The position numbers were made by a program, and so were the translations under genes. The notes under the pieces were generated by a model, which was not told the DNA's origin, did no database searches, and saw nothing but the letters and a program-made list of their open reading frames with translations. Positions 1 through 10,303 of a DNA stretch of 41,076 bases are shown here, one piece after another; position 1 is the stretch's first letter, and each line of letters starts with the position of its first letter. Source of the DNA: a virus. The stretch is taken from the IMG/VR virus record IMGVR_UViG_2867339791_000001, positions 71,046 to 112,121 of that record; one strand, given 5' to 3'.

Positions 1-2
1 TG

Positions 3-152
3 GGCGTCTCCGTCGGCACCGCCCGCAACTACTTCGACGCCGGAGCGTTTCGCAAGGACAAGACTCGTCGCCTGGCACACGGCGACCGCCGCGTCCGGTC
101 CGAAGAGGTCGACCGCTACCTACGCGAGCTGGACGAGCAGCGCGGCGAGTAG
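3..152 (+). CDS. 3' part of a small excisionase/MerR-like HTH protein (5'-truncated by the window)
   Basis: Manual translation GVSVGTARNYFDAGAFRKDKTRRLAHGDRRVRSEEVDRYLRELDEQRGE* fits the HTH_17-like pattern. Confidence 0.55.
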   Translation, partial: GVSVGTARNYFDAGAFRKDKTRRLAHGDRRVRSEEVDRYLRELDEQRGE

Positions 153-211
153 TGCCCCCGCGCGCTTCGCGGCGGTCTCCTTGTCGCGGTCGCGTTCTAC
201 GCTCCGCCACC

Positions 212-667
212 ATGGACACACACACTGTCGACCGCCGGGCGCGGTCCGCACGCCGCTTCGCCCACCGCGCCACCATCGCCGCCTGGGCGTTCTCGATCCC
301 AGTCACCATCTTCGGCACGCTCGCCTGGGCGCCGAAAGCCACCTTTGACGACTGGTGGTTCAACGCCATCCTGCTCTCGATGGTGCTGTTCCCCCAGGGG
401 ATCGCCGCCGGCCTCCCCCATCACCGGCCGCTCCGGCTGCCCGACATCGCCCTCACGGCCGCGGCGATCGTGCTGATCCTGCTGGTGCTCGCCGGGTACG
501 CCAACGTCGTCGTCACGTGGGCTGAGGCTGCCGGGGCGGGGCTCGGCGACGGCGCCGGCCGGCTGGAGCTGGCGGTGATGGTCGCGGTGCCGCCCGGGGG
601 CGGTGCGTGGGCGGCGGGCCTGCTCGCCCGTGACCGGTGGCGGCAAGCTGTCGGCGACGATGAGTAG
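212..667 (+). CDS. Hypothetical membrane protein (about 4 TM)
   Basis: ATG at 212; four hydrophobic segments. Confidence 0.65.
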   Translation: MDTHTVDRRARSARRFAHRATIAAWAFSIPVTIFGTLAWAPKATFDDWWFNAILLSMVLFPQGIAAGLPHHRPLRLPDIALTAAAIVLILLVLAGYANVVVTWAEAAGAGLGDGAGRLELAVMVAVPPGGGAWAAGLLARDRWRQAVGDDE

Positions 668-676
668 GCTCGGAAT

Positions 677-877
677 GTGAACGTGCTGCTCAGCGGGGGT
701 CCCGGCCACGGCCAGGTCGTGGAAACGGCCGGCGGGGAGACGCTGCTGTGGCGGGCCTGCCTGTACGAGCGCACCGGCGAGACGGGCCGCGCCCGCCGCG
801 AGGAGATGCGCGTGTACGCGCACCGGCAGGACTGCTGCGAGCCGTACGGGCGCGGCGCCGAGGACGGCTGCGAGTAG
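677..877 (+). CDS. Small hypothetical protein
   Basis: 66-aa ORF directly after the upstream gene, GC-rich third positions. Confidence 0.5.
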   Translation: MNVLLSGGPGHGQVVETAGGETLLWRACLYERTGETGRARREEMRVYAHRQDCCEPYGRGAEDGCE

Positions 878-997
878 CCGCCGGCCGGTCCGAGTGGCCC
901 CGCCACCAGGCCGGGCTCTCGTCGGGTGCACGACACGTCACCGTCCGTTCGGATGGTGTTCAGTCTTGAACCGGCTGGCCACACTCAGCGCGTGGGC

Positions 998-1498
998 ATG
1001 TATCAGCGACCCGTGAGCGGCAAGCAGTGGGCGGCGATCATCCTGGGGCTGGCGCTGTTGTGCAGCTGTGGCGGCATCGCCTCCGCCCTCGATGACGGCA
1101 GCGGGGACAAGAAGCCGTCGGCGAGCACGTCGACAGACGCCAACCGGCTGAGCGATCCGGTCGATGGGCTTGGCCCCACCTCGGCCAGCCCCGCCGCCAC
1201 GTCGGCCGCCCCGGCTCCCACCTCGGCGAAGCCGACGCCCTCGCGGTCGGCCAGCCCGCGGCCGACGGTCAAGCGCACCAGCAGCCCGACGCCCACCGCC
1301 AAGCGGACCAGCAGCCCGAAGCCGACGACGAAGCGCACCACCAGCGCGCCGCGGACCACCGCGCCGAGCATCAAGACGGGCGTTCACCCGGGGGCGTTCT
1401 GCAAGCCGGCCGGCGCGATGGGGCGTACCAGCACCGGCAAGCTCATGACGTGCAAGCGCACTGCGGACGATGAGCGCCTGCGGTGGCGGGCGGCCTGA
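998..1498 (+). CDS. Membrane-anchored/secreted protein with S/T/P-rich linker and small Cys-containing C-terminal domain
   Basis: N-terminal hydrophobic helix with LCSCGG, repetitive linker, C-terminal VHPGAFC...LMTC...RWR. Confidence 0.7.
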   Translation: MYQRPVSGKQWAAIILGLALLCSCGGIASALDDGSGDKKPSASTSTDANRLSDPVDGLGPTSASPAATSAAPAPTSAKPTPSRSASPRPTVKRTSSPTPTAKRTSSPKPTTKRTTSAPRTTAPSIKTGVHPGAFCKPAGAMGRTSTGKLMTCKRTADDERLRWRAA

Positions 1499-1579
1499 CG
1501 GCGGCGTGGAACGGATGCGAGTAGCCGAGCCGGCGCGGGCGACCAACGCCGCCCGCGCCGTCACCGGTGTCGCCACCGG

Positions 1580-1780
1580 TCAGTCGAGGACTTCGTGGGC
1601 GGCGACGAGCACCGTAGCGCCCGCACCGATGGCGGCGAGCGGTCCCCCGACGAGATAGCCGACGATGGCGGCGGCGGCGGTGACCATCGCGATGATGGCC
1701 CAGCGCTGCGGCAGCCGTGGCGGCTCTGCCGACTGCCGCGCCTGGTCAGCCTGCGGCGGAGGTGGAAGTAGTCTGGACAC
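1580..1780 (-). CDS. Small 2-TM membrane protein
   Basis: GTG start after AAGGAG RBS; hydrophobic hairpin. Confidence 0.55.
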   Translation of the reverse strand: MSRLLPPPPQADQARQSAEPPRLPQRWAIIAMVTAAAAIVGYLVGGPLAAIGAGATVLVAAHEVLD

Positions 1781-2139
1781 GCGGAACTCTCCTTGGTCGA
1801 ACACACGAGGCTGGTCCGCACCGCGGCCTCCGGGGGCTCAGCCCGGGGGCCGTCCGCGGTACCGACGGACGGCTGTCGCAGTGCGGCGTGCGGCGAGGTT
1901 GGTCCGGCTGGTTGTCGGTCCCTGCCACGGCCGGGGCGGTGATCGCCCGGCTGATGTTCATAGAAGCGCGGACAGTGCGGCCGGCCAAGTGGATCAGGTA
2001 CCATGGTCAACACGTTCTGGTCCGCCCGAACGTACAACTCAGATCCGAAGACGCGGAGATGGCGCTACAGACGGATCAAAACGTTCAGCACATAACCTCC
2101 GAACGCCCGGGCGCTGGCCTCTGCAAGGGCAGGTTGACC

Positions 2140-3165
2140 ATGGCCACGACCATCCTTTTCGACCCGACCAAGCCGCCGTCCCCAGCGGGCCGCAAAGAAC
2201 TGGACCGCCGCCTCCGCCGCCTCTACGAGGCGGAGAAGTCCTATGACACTGCTAAGGCGAACATGGCCAAACTCGCCAAGAGCAGCATCGCCGGCAGCCC
2301 TGTCGCAGATGGAGAGGTGTGGGTCCGCGACGCATTCGTCTTCCGCCGCGACCCGGCTCCGGGTGACGGGTCTGACCGGAAGCTCCCGCCGAAAGAGTTC
2401 TGGCCACCGGCCGGCCGGCTAGTGACCCCGCGCGGGTCAGCGTTGCGGTTCATGCTCATCGCGCTGTTCGAGGCGCAGACACGCACGAAGCCCGGCAGGC
2501 GGCCTGACAACCCACGCCCGTTGCAGGGCGAGGGTGACGAGATTGGTTGGGCGGACCTGCTCGCTACTGACGCGAAGCAGGCCGGGGATGGCCGCTCGTT
2601 CATGAGTGTCCCGGCCAAGAAGGGCCGGCATCTGTTCAGCGCCCTGGACCTGATGCACGCGGAAGACCTGGTGTCGCTGCCGAACGTCGAGGAGCGCAGG
2701 GGCAAGCACAAGGGCTTCCTACTGAACCACGAGGGCGGCAAGCGGATCAGCGGTCCCAACGACCTCTACTTGGTCCCGCACAAGGCGGACAAGACCTACT
2801 TCAGACTTCCGCTCGGGTTGTTCACGCAGGGCTGGATCCATGCGCTGGATGACCGCGATCTGCGGTACCTCCTGATGCTGTGCTACTTCGATCAGGGGCA
2901 GCCGGACGGATTCCAGGTCATATCGCGGACGCGATACCTGCACATGGCCATCGGGCCGGACACCTACGAGAAGCACATCTGGTTTACACGGTTCGACCTC
3001 AACGACGTCACGCTCGACGGGGCCCGCCACTTCAACGGCACTGTGGACGACTACGGCAAGGGCGGCAAGGCGATCCCGCACACGCTGAAACTGCTGCGGG
3101 AGGGGTTCGATCGCGACGGGATGAAGGTCGTCACGACCGCGATCGAGCAGCAGTTGGCCCGCTAG
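2140..3165 (+). CDS. Hypothetical protein (about 341 aa; start uncertain)
   Basis: Long ORF with normal globular composition; no recognised motif. Confidence 0.75.
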   Translation: MATTILFDPTKPPSPAGRKELDRRLRRLYEAEKSYDTAKANMAKLAKSSIAGSPVADGEVWVRDAFVFRRDPAPGDGSDRKLPPKEFWPPAGRLVTPRGSALRFMLIALFEAQTRTKPGRRPDNPRPLQGEGDEIGWADLLATDAKQAGDGRSFMSVPAKKGRHLFSALDLMHAEDLVSLPNVEERRGKHKGFLLNHEGGKRISGPNDLYLVPHKADKTYFRLPLGLFTQGWIHALDDRDLRYLLMLCYFDQGQPDGFQVISRTRYLHMAIGPDTYEKHIWFTRFDLNDVTLDGARHFNGTVDDYGKGGKAIPHTLKLLREGFDRDGMKVVTTAIEQQLAR

Positions 3166-3348
3166 CCCACCGGGTCGACCTGTGGCCGCGCTCGCTGCTG
3201 CTTCGATACCTGAGTGCGCCGGTTCGCCCGCTCGGCGCGGTGCAGTCCCGCCGGTGATGACCGCCCAACCCCTGACGCTCCTAGCCCCCTAGCTCCGGCC
3301 GCCGCTGGCGTGCCGAGCCGCACCGAAGACTGAGCTGCCGCCAAAGAG

Positions 3349-3975
3349 CTAGTCGTCCTCCCACAAGGAGTCGACGACCTCCCGGTCGTGAACCGCCTGC
3401 GCCTCCTTGACCGCCTCCCTCTCCTTGGCGAGGGCGGTCAACGCCTCCGCCAGGGCCTCAAATTCGCGGACCTGCTCTCTCTCGCTGTACAGCCACGTTT
3501 GGGGCAGGATCAGGCCCTGCGATCGTTGGGCGTTGTCGTCTTCAATGTTGAAGCCGTGCCGCTTCAAGATTGCCGCCAATGTGTCGCAGCGGCGACCGTG
3601 GAGGAACTCGAAGAGCGCCGAATGGATCTCTCGGCTCTTGACGGGTGAAATCGCCGGCATGACCCACGCGTTGCTCGTGCCGGTCGTAAGCGGCATCGGC
3701 CACTTGATCTGATCTGCCGCCGCTCTGATCTCGGTCGCCAGCTCGGTAGCCTGGTCAAGCAGCTCGGACCGGAACTTCTTGATGCCGTCCTTCCCCAGCG
3801 CCTTGGTGACCTCCGGCTGGGCTTGCGCGGTGCTCTTCGCCCGGCTCTCGACCCGGGCGGGAAGGTCGCGGGCGATGGTGTCGAGCAGTTCCCGCTTGCG
3901 GTTGTCTGCCTCGCCGCTCGCCTGCGACGCCCGCGCACGGGCCTCTCTCAGCCTGCGAGCCGTCTCTTCACTCAT
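3349..3975 (-). CDS. Hypothetical helical/coiled-coil protein
   Basis: ATG 7 nt after a TAGCCT -10-like hexamer (leaderless-type); protein-like composition. Confidence 0.7.
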   Translation of the reverse strand: MSEETARRLREARARASQASGEADNRKRELLDTIARDLPARVESRAKSTAQAQPEVTKALGKDGIKKFRSELLDQATELATEIRAAADQIKWPMPLTTGTSNAWVMPAISPVKSREIHSALFEFLHGRRCDTLAAILKRHGFNIEDDNAQRSQGLILPQTWLYSEREQVREFEALAEALTALAKEREAVKEAQAVHDREVVDSLWEDD

Positions 3976-4553
3976 GGCGATCAGGCTAGGGGACGGCACC
4001 GACAATGCTCGACTCCAAACTTGCACTAGAACACGAGATGTCCCTGGCGGATCTCGGGCACCGACGCCCCGAAACACGGACAGTTATGCCGGGTCGGCGT
4101 GTCGAGTGACTCATCTCACATCGCCGACACGCCCGGTTCCGGCTTTCTCCGGTCCGACCTGCGGTTTTGCCAGCAGCCGCCAGTCGAACGCACGTGCGGA
4201 GAGGTGCTCAACGCACCACTGTGCACTACCCGATCGCACGTGCCGCTCACATCTGCCCTGGATGCGGTGTGGCCTCGCTATACACAAGCGCGGTGCCCCA
4301 CTAGAGTTTTCCTCCAGCGGGACACCGCACCAGCATGAATATCCCCGAACCCGAGTTGGGAGCTCGGACGGGACCGACGCGGAGGTGTTGGGAGCACCTT
4401 GTGCGTCAGGCACAACTTAGCGCTGTGCATCACGCGTTGCCAGTAGGCGACGTCGCATCAGCTGGCTACGGCTGGCAAAGGCGGGAGATCCGCTACGCAG
4501 CGTGACGTGCCACCGTCCGGTGACTCGGGGCGGGACGACCGAAGGGTTGCCCG

Positions 4554-4931
4554 ATGGCATCGAACCGTACGTCCGACAGCACCCGGCCCGCGGGGCTCGC
4601 CCCCAGCGTCTACTGGCCCGGCCGCCGAGACGGCGCCGCGGGCGCGGATGACAGCTCCGCGCTCCGCTCCTGCCGCGACAACATCGATGGGCCGCTGTGC
4701 GCGCCGGACAACCGCTGCCCCGCACACCATCTCGGCAGCGACCTTGCCGCGCTCCGGTCACTGCGCGCCCGCGTCAACAATGGCTGGGTGCCCGCGAACG
4801 ACGCCGAGCTCAGGGCCTGGGCGGAAGGCTATACGGCCGGCTGGAACCAGGGCTACTTGGACGGCCAGGAGGCTGTGGTGCCGGTCCGCAAGCGCCCGGT
4901 TCGCAAGCCGCCATTCCGCAAGCCGCATTAG
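4554..4931 (+). CDS. Hypothetical protein
   Basis: 125-aa ORF convergent with the PRTase gene. Confidence 0.45.
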   Translation: MASNRTSDSTRPAGLAPSVYWPGRRDGAAGADDSSALRSCRDNIDGPLCAPDNRCPAHHLGSDLAALRSLRARVNNGWVPANDAELRAWAEGYTAGWNQGYLDGQEAVVPVRKRPVRKPPFRKPH

Positions 4932-4932
4932 G

Positions 4933-5685
4933 TTACCGCCAGGTCTGTCGCGCGAGCGTCAGCCCATACACGGCAGCGGCGCCCGCCGCCTTCAGGCGGC
5001 GGGCGACGGCGTTGAGAGTACTGCCGCTGGTAAACACATCGTCGTAGACCATGATCTCTCTGCCTCTGACACGCTCCGCGTCAGGCACCACCAGGGACTC
5101 GAACAGCTGATCGGACACCGCGCGTCGGTCAGCCGCGCTGGACGTGTTCCGCATCTTGTCGGTGGCGCGTGTCTTGATCAGCAACGGCGGGTCGACCACG
5201 AACGGCAGCCCTCGTTCGTCCTGCTCCATGGCCTGCTCAATAGCGAACCGGGCATGGTCGGTGCGGGGATCAGCCCCAGCCGGCAGCAGCGCCGGCATAG
5301 GGATGATCGCGTCGACACCGTCGATTTCCTCCATGTTGTCGTACAGGAATCCGAGGATGACGCGGGAGAAGACAGTCCCCCAGGCCCAACGCCCCTTCTT
5401 CACCCGCCAGATCATCTGCTCAAGCTCTCCGCTCTTGAGCGCAATGGAGGCGTTCCACACGAAAGCCCGGTCCGTGGAGCTGCATAACGCGTTGCTGCAC
5501 ACAGCGACGGGGTTAGTCAGCGCCTGGTCGCACACATCGCAGCGGTGCTCGGGCGGAGGCCGCATCTTGTCATTGGCGCAGCTGTAGCACAGCGCAATAG
5601 ATCCGGTCTCGAAGAAGGCACACGACCGGCAGCTTCCGAACCCAGCGGGCTCAGGCCCGCCGATGACGGTTGGAGTTGGGGGCAT
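4933..5685 (-). CDS. ComF-like phosphoribosyltransferase with N-terminal Zn ribbons (ShosT/PRTase-like)
   Basis: CxxC pairs at the N-terminus; PRPP-binding motif VYDDVFTSGSTL. Confidence 0.9.
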   Translation of the reverse strand: MPPTPTVIGGPEPAGFGSCRSCAFFETGSIALCYSCANDKMRPPPEHRCDVCDQALTNPVAVCSNALCSSTDRAFVWNASIALKSGELEQMIWRVKKGRWAWGTVFSRVILGFLYDNMEEIDGVDAIIPMPALLPAGADPRTDHARFAIEQAMEQDERGLPFVVDPPLLIKTRATDKMRNTSSAADRRAVSDQLFESLVVPDAERVRGREIMVYDDVFTSGSTLNAVARRLKAAGAAAVYGLTLARQTWR

Positions 5686-5705
5686 GAGGGGGGTGGCCTC
5701 CGGGG

Positions 5706-6647
5706 TCAGAACTGGAATGCGAGCTGCGCCCGTCGGTTGTCCGCGGCGTGAATGCGCTCTGGGGCGGCCAGGAGGCGCACGACGTCATCTACCTCGTCCA
5801 CCATTACGGCTCCGCGCTTCTCGACGTACGTCCGCGCCCACTCTTGCGACTCGGTGAGGCTCTTGATGAGGAACACCTTCTTGCCGTGCTCCAGCGCCAG
5901 CCGGGCCTGCATCTTGGCGCCGGAGGTGCTGGACGCCTCGATGACGACGGTGCCCTGCGCGATGCCGGACATGGTGACGTTACGGCGAGGAAAGGTGTAG
6001 GTAGCGCCGGGCGCGTCGGGCCAGAACTGAGAGACCAGCGCACCGTGGGCGGCGATCTCTTCGGCAAGCTGGCGATTCTCTGCTGGGTAGCATTTGCGGA
6101 TCCCAGTGCCAATTACGGCGATGGTGCGACCGCCGGCGTCCAGGGCCGCGCGGTGGGCAGCGGTGTCGATGCCTCGGGCGAGGCCGGACACGACGGTGAC
6201 GCCCCGCTCTACTAGCAGCCGTGCCATCTTGCCGGATCGCTTCACACCGTCCGCCGAGGCCCTGCGGGTGCCGACGACGGCCACGCTGCGGAGGTCCGCC
6301 TCGTCGAACTGACCTCGAACAAACAGGAACGGTGGGAGATTGAAGATCAGACGCAGCGTGGTGGGGTAGTCCTCGTCAAGTACGGTGATCAAGCGTGCGT
6401 CTATCGCCTGCGCCTTGTCGATCTCCCGCTGCGCCTCGTCCACCAGAGCCGACCTTTGGGGCAGGGCGTCTCGAATTGCCTCAGCGGCCGCGACAGCTTC
6501 GGGCGAGCTCTCGGTCACCTCGCCGTGCAGCAGGCGGGCCAGCCCGCCGAGGCGTTGCGCCTCGCGTGCCAGCAGGTACCAGTTGACCTTTGGGATCTTG
6601 CACAGCGCCAGAAGCGCTACGCGATCCTCGTTCGCGGGGGGGGTCAT
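5706..6647 (-). CDS. dprA: DprA/Smf-family Rossmann-fold protein
   Basis: Motifs VAVVGTR, VVSGLARGIDTAAH, FPRRN, VIEASSTSGA. Confidence 0.92.
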   Translation of the reverse strand: MTPPANEDRVALLALCKIPKVNWYLLAREAQRLGGLARLLHGEVTESSPEAVAAAEAIRDALPQRSALVDEAQREIDKAQAIDARLITVLDEDYPTTLRLIFNLPPFLFVRGQFDEADLRSVAVVGTRRASADGVKRSGKMARLLVERGVTVVSGLARGIDTAAHRAALDAGGRTIAVIGTGIRKCYPAENRQLAEEIAAHGALVSQFWPDAPGATYTFPRRNVTMSGIAQGTVVIEASSTSGAKMQARLALEHGKKVFLIKSLTESQEWARTYVEKRGAVMVDEVDDVVRLLAAPERIHAADNRRAQLAFQF

Positions 6648-6663
6648 CGCATTCTACTCCTGT

Positions 6664-6679
6664 TCGATCGTATGTTCGA
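6664..6679. promoter_or_regulatory. Actinobacterial LexA (SOS) box upstream of dprA
   Basis: TCGATC-GTAT-GTTCGA, one mismatch to TCGAAC-N4-GTTCGA, adjacent to the AGGAG RBS. Confidence 0.65.
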
Positions 6680-7235
6680 ATGCGAGTAACGTTGTATCAG
6701 GCGAGTGTGACAGAGACTCGGGCACCGTACGTAGGCCCTGTATCCGAATTGAGTCCGCCGCAACCCGTTCGGCCCGTATCCAGGTGCCTCTGACGCTCGT
6801 TGGCAAGGCCGCAGGCCAGAGTTTGATTACCCGGGCGTAGGCAGGTCATTGCGGGGTGTACAACGAGCAACCTCCGGGACCGATACCGGTCCGCATCTAT
6901 CAAGTTCGCTACGCGGACCCGGGGGTCCGGACGGGCCGGAGACGGCCATACAGCCGTCTAGCCCTTTTCGTCGAAACGGGTGTGCCCTGGCGCTCCAGCC
7001 GCGCCCGAACTTCGGCGGCGTGCACCGCGGCCACCTGCATGTCGGCGCCTGCCGCCTCCAACAGGGCGATGGTCGATCGGCCATCGCGGTGCCCGCCTGG
7101 ATACCCAGCAGCTCAGGGTCGGTGGTGACTACGCCGACGGCGGCGACTGCCTTAGCGGCAAGCAGTGACCCACCGGTGGGACATCTACCAAGTTTCCGGC
7201 CGTGTCACCCGAACGGGTGACCGCCGGCGGCAGAC

Positions 7236-7883
7236 CTACAGACTGACCCCCGCGTCGATCACCCGCTGCGCCGCCGACGCGTACTCCCGCGCCCGGGTCT
7301 TCGACATCTCGAACGCTGCCACCAGGGCGTCAACCACCGCCGCCTGGGCGCGCGGGTGCTCCTGCCGCAGCTCCACCGCTCGCCGCAGGATCAGGGCCTC
7401 GAACGTCCGGGTCCGCCCGGCCGCCGTGACCTCAACCGCGCCGCGATTCCGCTTCACCGTCACCGACGGCACCACACGCCGCACCGGCTGCTCCGCGGCC
7501 GGCTGACGGTCAGCCTTGCGCCGGGCGCCGCCGATCCCGTCACCCGGCCGGCGACGCGGGTGCCGCTCAAACCAGGCCACGATCTCCTGCTCGCGCTCCA
7601 ACGCCCACCACGGCTTCTTCTTCGCCCCGGCGTAGGCGTCCGGCGGCGGGAACGGGTCGTCGGCGAACTTGCCCCGACGAGTGCCGCCAGCTTCCAGCGG
7701 GATCTCCTTGCGGGACTCGAACAGGTGCTGGGAGATTGTTTTGGGCTGCATCGACTCGACGCCCTGCACCCGCGCCCCGATCACCGCGATGTCGGCGGGC
7801 GTCAGGAACGGCTGGTCTGGCATTTCGTCGTCCCCCAGAACTTGGTAGTCGTCCGGGGAACCATACGTCAATGCGGCTGTCAT
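7236..7883 (-). CDS. Hypothetical phage-type protein, possible C-terminal HTH
   Basis: AGGAGG RBS before ATG; GC-rich third positions. Confidence 0.75.
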   Translation of the reverse strand: MTAALTYGSPDDYQVLGDDEMPDQPFLTPADIAVIGARVQGVESMQPKTISQHLFESRKEIPLEAGGTRRGKFADDPFPPPDAYAGAKKKPWWALEREQEIVAWFERHPRRRPGDGIGGARRKADRQPAAEQPVRRVVPSVTVKRNRGAVEVTAAGRTRTFEALILRRAVELRQEHPRAQAAVVDALVAAFEMSKTRAREYASAAQRVIDAGVSL

Positions 7884-8053
7884 CGGGGGCACTCCTCCTG
7901 GTGGTTTTGGTACGCGTCACGTACCAGCCCGGATACATCTGGCCGGTACGCGTGGTCAGGTTGCCGGGTCGGCGCGGATCGTCTCGATCGCCGACAGGAC
8001 GGCGGGGCTCGGACGTGCGGTCATGGCGGGCTCCTCGTGTTCGCGGTCACGAT

Positions 8054-8120
8054 TTCAGTAGCGGTTACATCTATCAAGCTACGTCACCAGGGGTAGGTGA
8101 GCAATTACTTCTACCGAATT
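8054..8120 (-). promoter_or_regulatory. Element promoter-operator module, copy A
   Basis: AATTCGGTAGAAGT..TTGCTC-17-TAGCTT-GATAGATGTAACCGCTACTGA. Confidence 0.8.
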
Positions 8121-8156
8121 CCAGGTGTCGACCTGGCTCCCCCGGTGTGGCCCGCC

Positions 8157-9821
8157 TCAGCGGGCCACACCGACCGGCTTGCCGCACGGGCACTTCGGGT
8201 TGCGGTAGATCCGGCACCGGTGGCACAGGCTGCCGAACACGCCCGCCTGGGCCGGCGGCTCCACCAGCGCTTCCACCGGGACGGCCGGCGCCGGCACAGT
8301 GACGGCCGCCTCGACGAGCGCCGGGATCACCGGGGCCGGCACGGCGGGGACGGCCGGCGCCGCGCCCTCGATCCAGTTGTCGACCCAGGCCAGGCCCTCC
8401 CGGTCCAGCACCCGCTGCGCCCGGGTCACCGCCACGTACGCCAGCATGGCGTCCTCGCGGGGCACCTGGGTCTCCTTCTCCGGGTCGTCCGACTCCTTCG
8501 GCTCCTGGAAGTCGGTGGCGATTTGGACGTTGCGCCACTCGCGGCCCTTGGACTTGTGCGCGGTGCTCACCACAACATCGGCGTACCGCTCGTCGGCAAG
8601 CCGGTCGACCAGCGTCGCCAGCTCGTCCGCGCCGTACCGGTCGATCAGGTTGACCAGCACCTTCAGGTCCGAGCCCTCGCCGGCCTGCACGTACTCCTGC
8701 ACCTCGGACCAGTAGGAGAACGCCATCAGCTCCGGGTGGTCGCAGGGCTTGCCGGCCATGAGCTGCTGAGCGGCGTGGGCGAACGCCTTGATGTCCTTGC
8801 CGCCGCCGACGAGGGCGGTACGGCGACCCTTGCCCAGCTCGGCGATGACCCGGCTGATCGCGCCCCCGTTAGAGCGGCACAGGATCGCGTCGGGGGCATC
8901 GAGGTCATCGAGGCGGGAAGGAATCTGGTCGAAGCCGCGCAGCCGCAGGTCGGTGCCGTCGACCAGGGACAGCCACTTGTTGGCCTCGTCGGCGACGGCC
9001 TGCCCGAACCGGAAGCTCTGCGAGAGGTAGAAGCGCTGGCCGTCGAACTTCTGCATGGCGTCGACCGCGCCGCGCCAGCCGTAGATGGCCTGGGCGCGGT
9101 CGCCGACGAGGATCTGCTGGGCGTTCTGTCGGGCGACGAGGCCGGCGACGGCGGGGTTGGAGTCCTGGGCCTCGTCGAGGAGGACGTAGTCCGCGTGGAG
9201 CTGCGGGTCCAAGAGGATCCACATCTTCAGGTACATGTCGTGGGTGAACCGCAGGCGGCCGTTGGTCTGGGTGAGGTCGGTGTCCCAGGCGCGCTGGGCG
9301 ATCGGGGCGAGGTGGCGGGCCAGCTCCCGGTGGGCGGCGCGCTCGACGCCCTGTACGAGGGGAACGTGCCACGGGGTGATCTCCTGGTCGTCGCTGTAGC
9401 AGAACTTCTGGACCGTCTCGCCGACGATGCGGGCGAGCTGCTTCGGGCTCAGGGTGATCTCGGAGGCGGGGACGACGCCCGCGAGCTTGATGGGCTCGTG
9501 GATGCCGAGGATGACGGCGGCCTGGTGGGCGGGGAGCCGCGGGCCGTCGAGGCGGGCGCGGAAGTTCCGGCCGACCGCGCCGAAGGCCATGCTGTGGCCG
9601 GTCTTGCACATGACCGTGCTGGGGAACTTCTTGGCGGCGTCGCCCGCGATGCTGCGGTTGTAGGCGAGGTAGACGCCGCGCTTGCGGCCGAGGGCGTCGG
9701 CGAGGAACTGCAAGGTGCTGGTCTTGCCGGTGCCGGCGCCGGCTTCGATGGTGAGGTTCGCGCCGGTCGCGGCGGCGTCGATGATGGCCTGCTGCTCGGC
9801 GGTCGGGGCGAAGCCGGTCAT
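8157..9821 (-). CDS. UvrD/Rep-like superfamily 1 helicase
   Basis: Walker A AGAGTGKT, DEAQD, VGDRAQAIYGWRGA, SFRFG, TAHKSKGREW, YVAVTRA. Confidence 0.95.
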   Translation of the reverse strand: MTGFAPTAEQQAIIDAAATGANLTIEAGAGTGKTSTLQFLADALGRKRGVYLAYNRSIAGDAAKKFPSTVMCKTGHSMAFGAVGRNFRARLDGPRLPAHQAAVILGIHEPIKLAGVVPASEITLSPKQLARIVGETVQKFCYSDDQEITPWHVPLVQGVERAAHRELARHLAPIAQRAWDTDLTQTNGRLRFTHDMYLKMWILLDPQLHADYVLLDEAQDSNPAVAGLVARQNAQQILVGDRAQAIYGWRGAVDAMQKFDGQRFYLSQSFRFGQAVADEANKWLSLVDGTDLRLRGFDQIPSRLDDLDAPDAILCRSNGGAISRVIAELGKGRRTALVGGGKDIKAFAHAAQQLMAGKPCDHPELMAFSYWSEVQEYVQAGEGSDLKVLVNLIDRYGADELATLVDRLADERYADVVVSTAHKSKGREWRNVQIATDFQEPKESDDPEKETQVPREDAMLAYVAVTRAQRVLDREGLAWVDNWIEGAAPAVPAVPAPVIPALVEAAVTVPAPAVPVEALVEPPAQAGVFGSLCHRCRIYRNPKCPCGKPVGVAR

Positions 9822-9833
9822 GTCGTCTCCCGT

Positions 9834-9902
9834 ATCTCAGTAGGGGTTACATCTATCAAGTTAGGGCATCGGGGGGACCTCTGCAACAACTTCTACCGAA
9901 TT
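9834..9902 (-). promoter_or_regulatory. Element promoter-operator module, copy B (drives helicase)
   Basis: AATTCGGTAGAAGT..TTGCAG-17-TAACTT-GATAGATGTAACCCCTACTGAGAT. Confidence 0.8.
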
Positions 9903-9950
9903 CGCCCGGCGAGTCTCAGCCGCAGGTCAGCGGCGCACCCGGCCCCGCGA

Positions 9951-10238
9951 TCACCGGCCGGAACACGAGACAGCCGCAGCCATCCGCGCCGCACTACCCA
10001 TTGCCCACACCGGGCACCCGCGAGTAGTCCGCGGCGGCCGTTCCGGGCCACTCGGCGTGCACCCGCACGGGCACACCCACCGGCAGGGCGCACCGGACCG
10101 CCACACCTCGGCCCTCAGGACGTCGCGGGTGCCGACGACGTAGCTGCGGGCGTTGGTGACGTAGGTGTCGCTGTGGGGCGCTCCACCCCATGCGACGACG
10201 CTGCACCGGTTGTGGCGGCCGGCCCGACAATGTCGCAT
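9951..10238 (-). pseudogene. Probable 5'-truncated Cys-rich phage gene remnant
   Basis: HCRAGRHNRC...VWRSGAPCRWVCPCGC with no RBS; abuts a lower-GC insert. Confidence 0.35.
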
Positions 10239-10303
10239 TTGCCGGGCAGCAAACGAGCACAGTGGACTGCTAGGGTGCCTGCCAACCTAGAAAGGGAGCT
10301 GCA

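Noticed and set aside
1240-1360. ~30-bp tandem repeats
   Set aside because: They encode the KRTSSPxPT low-complexity linker; explained at protein level
4184-4199. Possible second LexA box TCGAAC-GCAC-GTGCGG
   Set aside because: Two mismatches in the right half-site and not adjacent to a gene start
6950-7200. Possible small minus-strand gene after a degenerate motif half-site
   Set aside because: Only fragmentary protein-like stretches in different frames; too decayed to call
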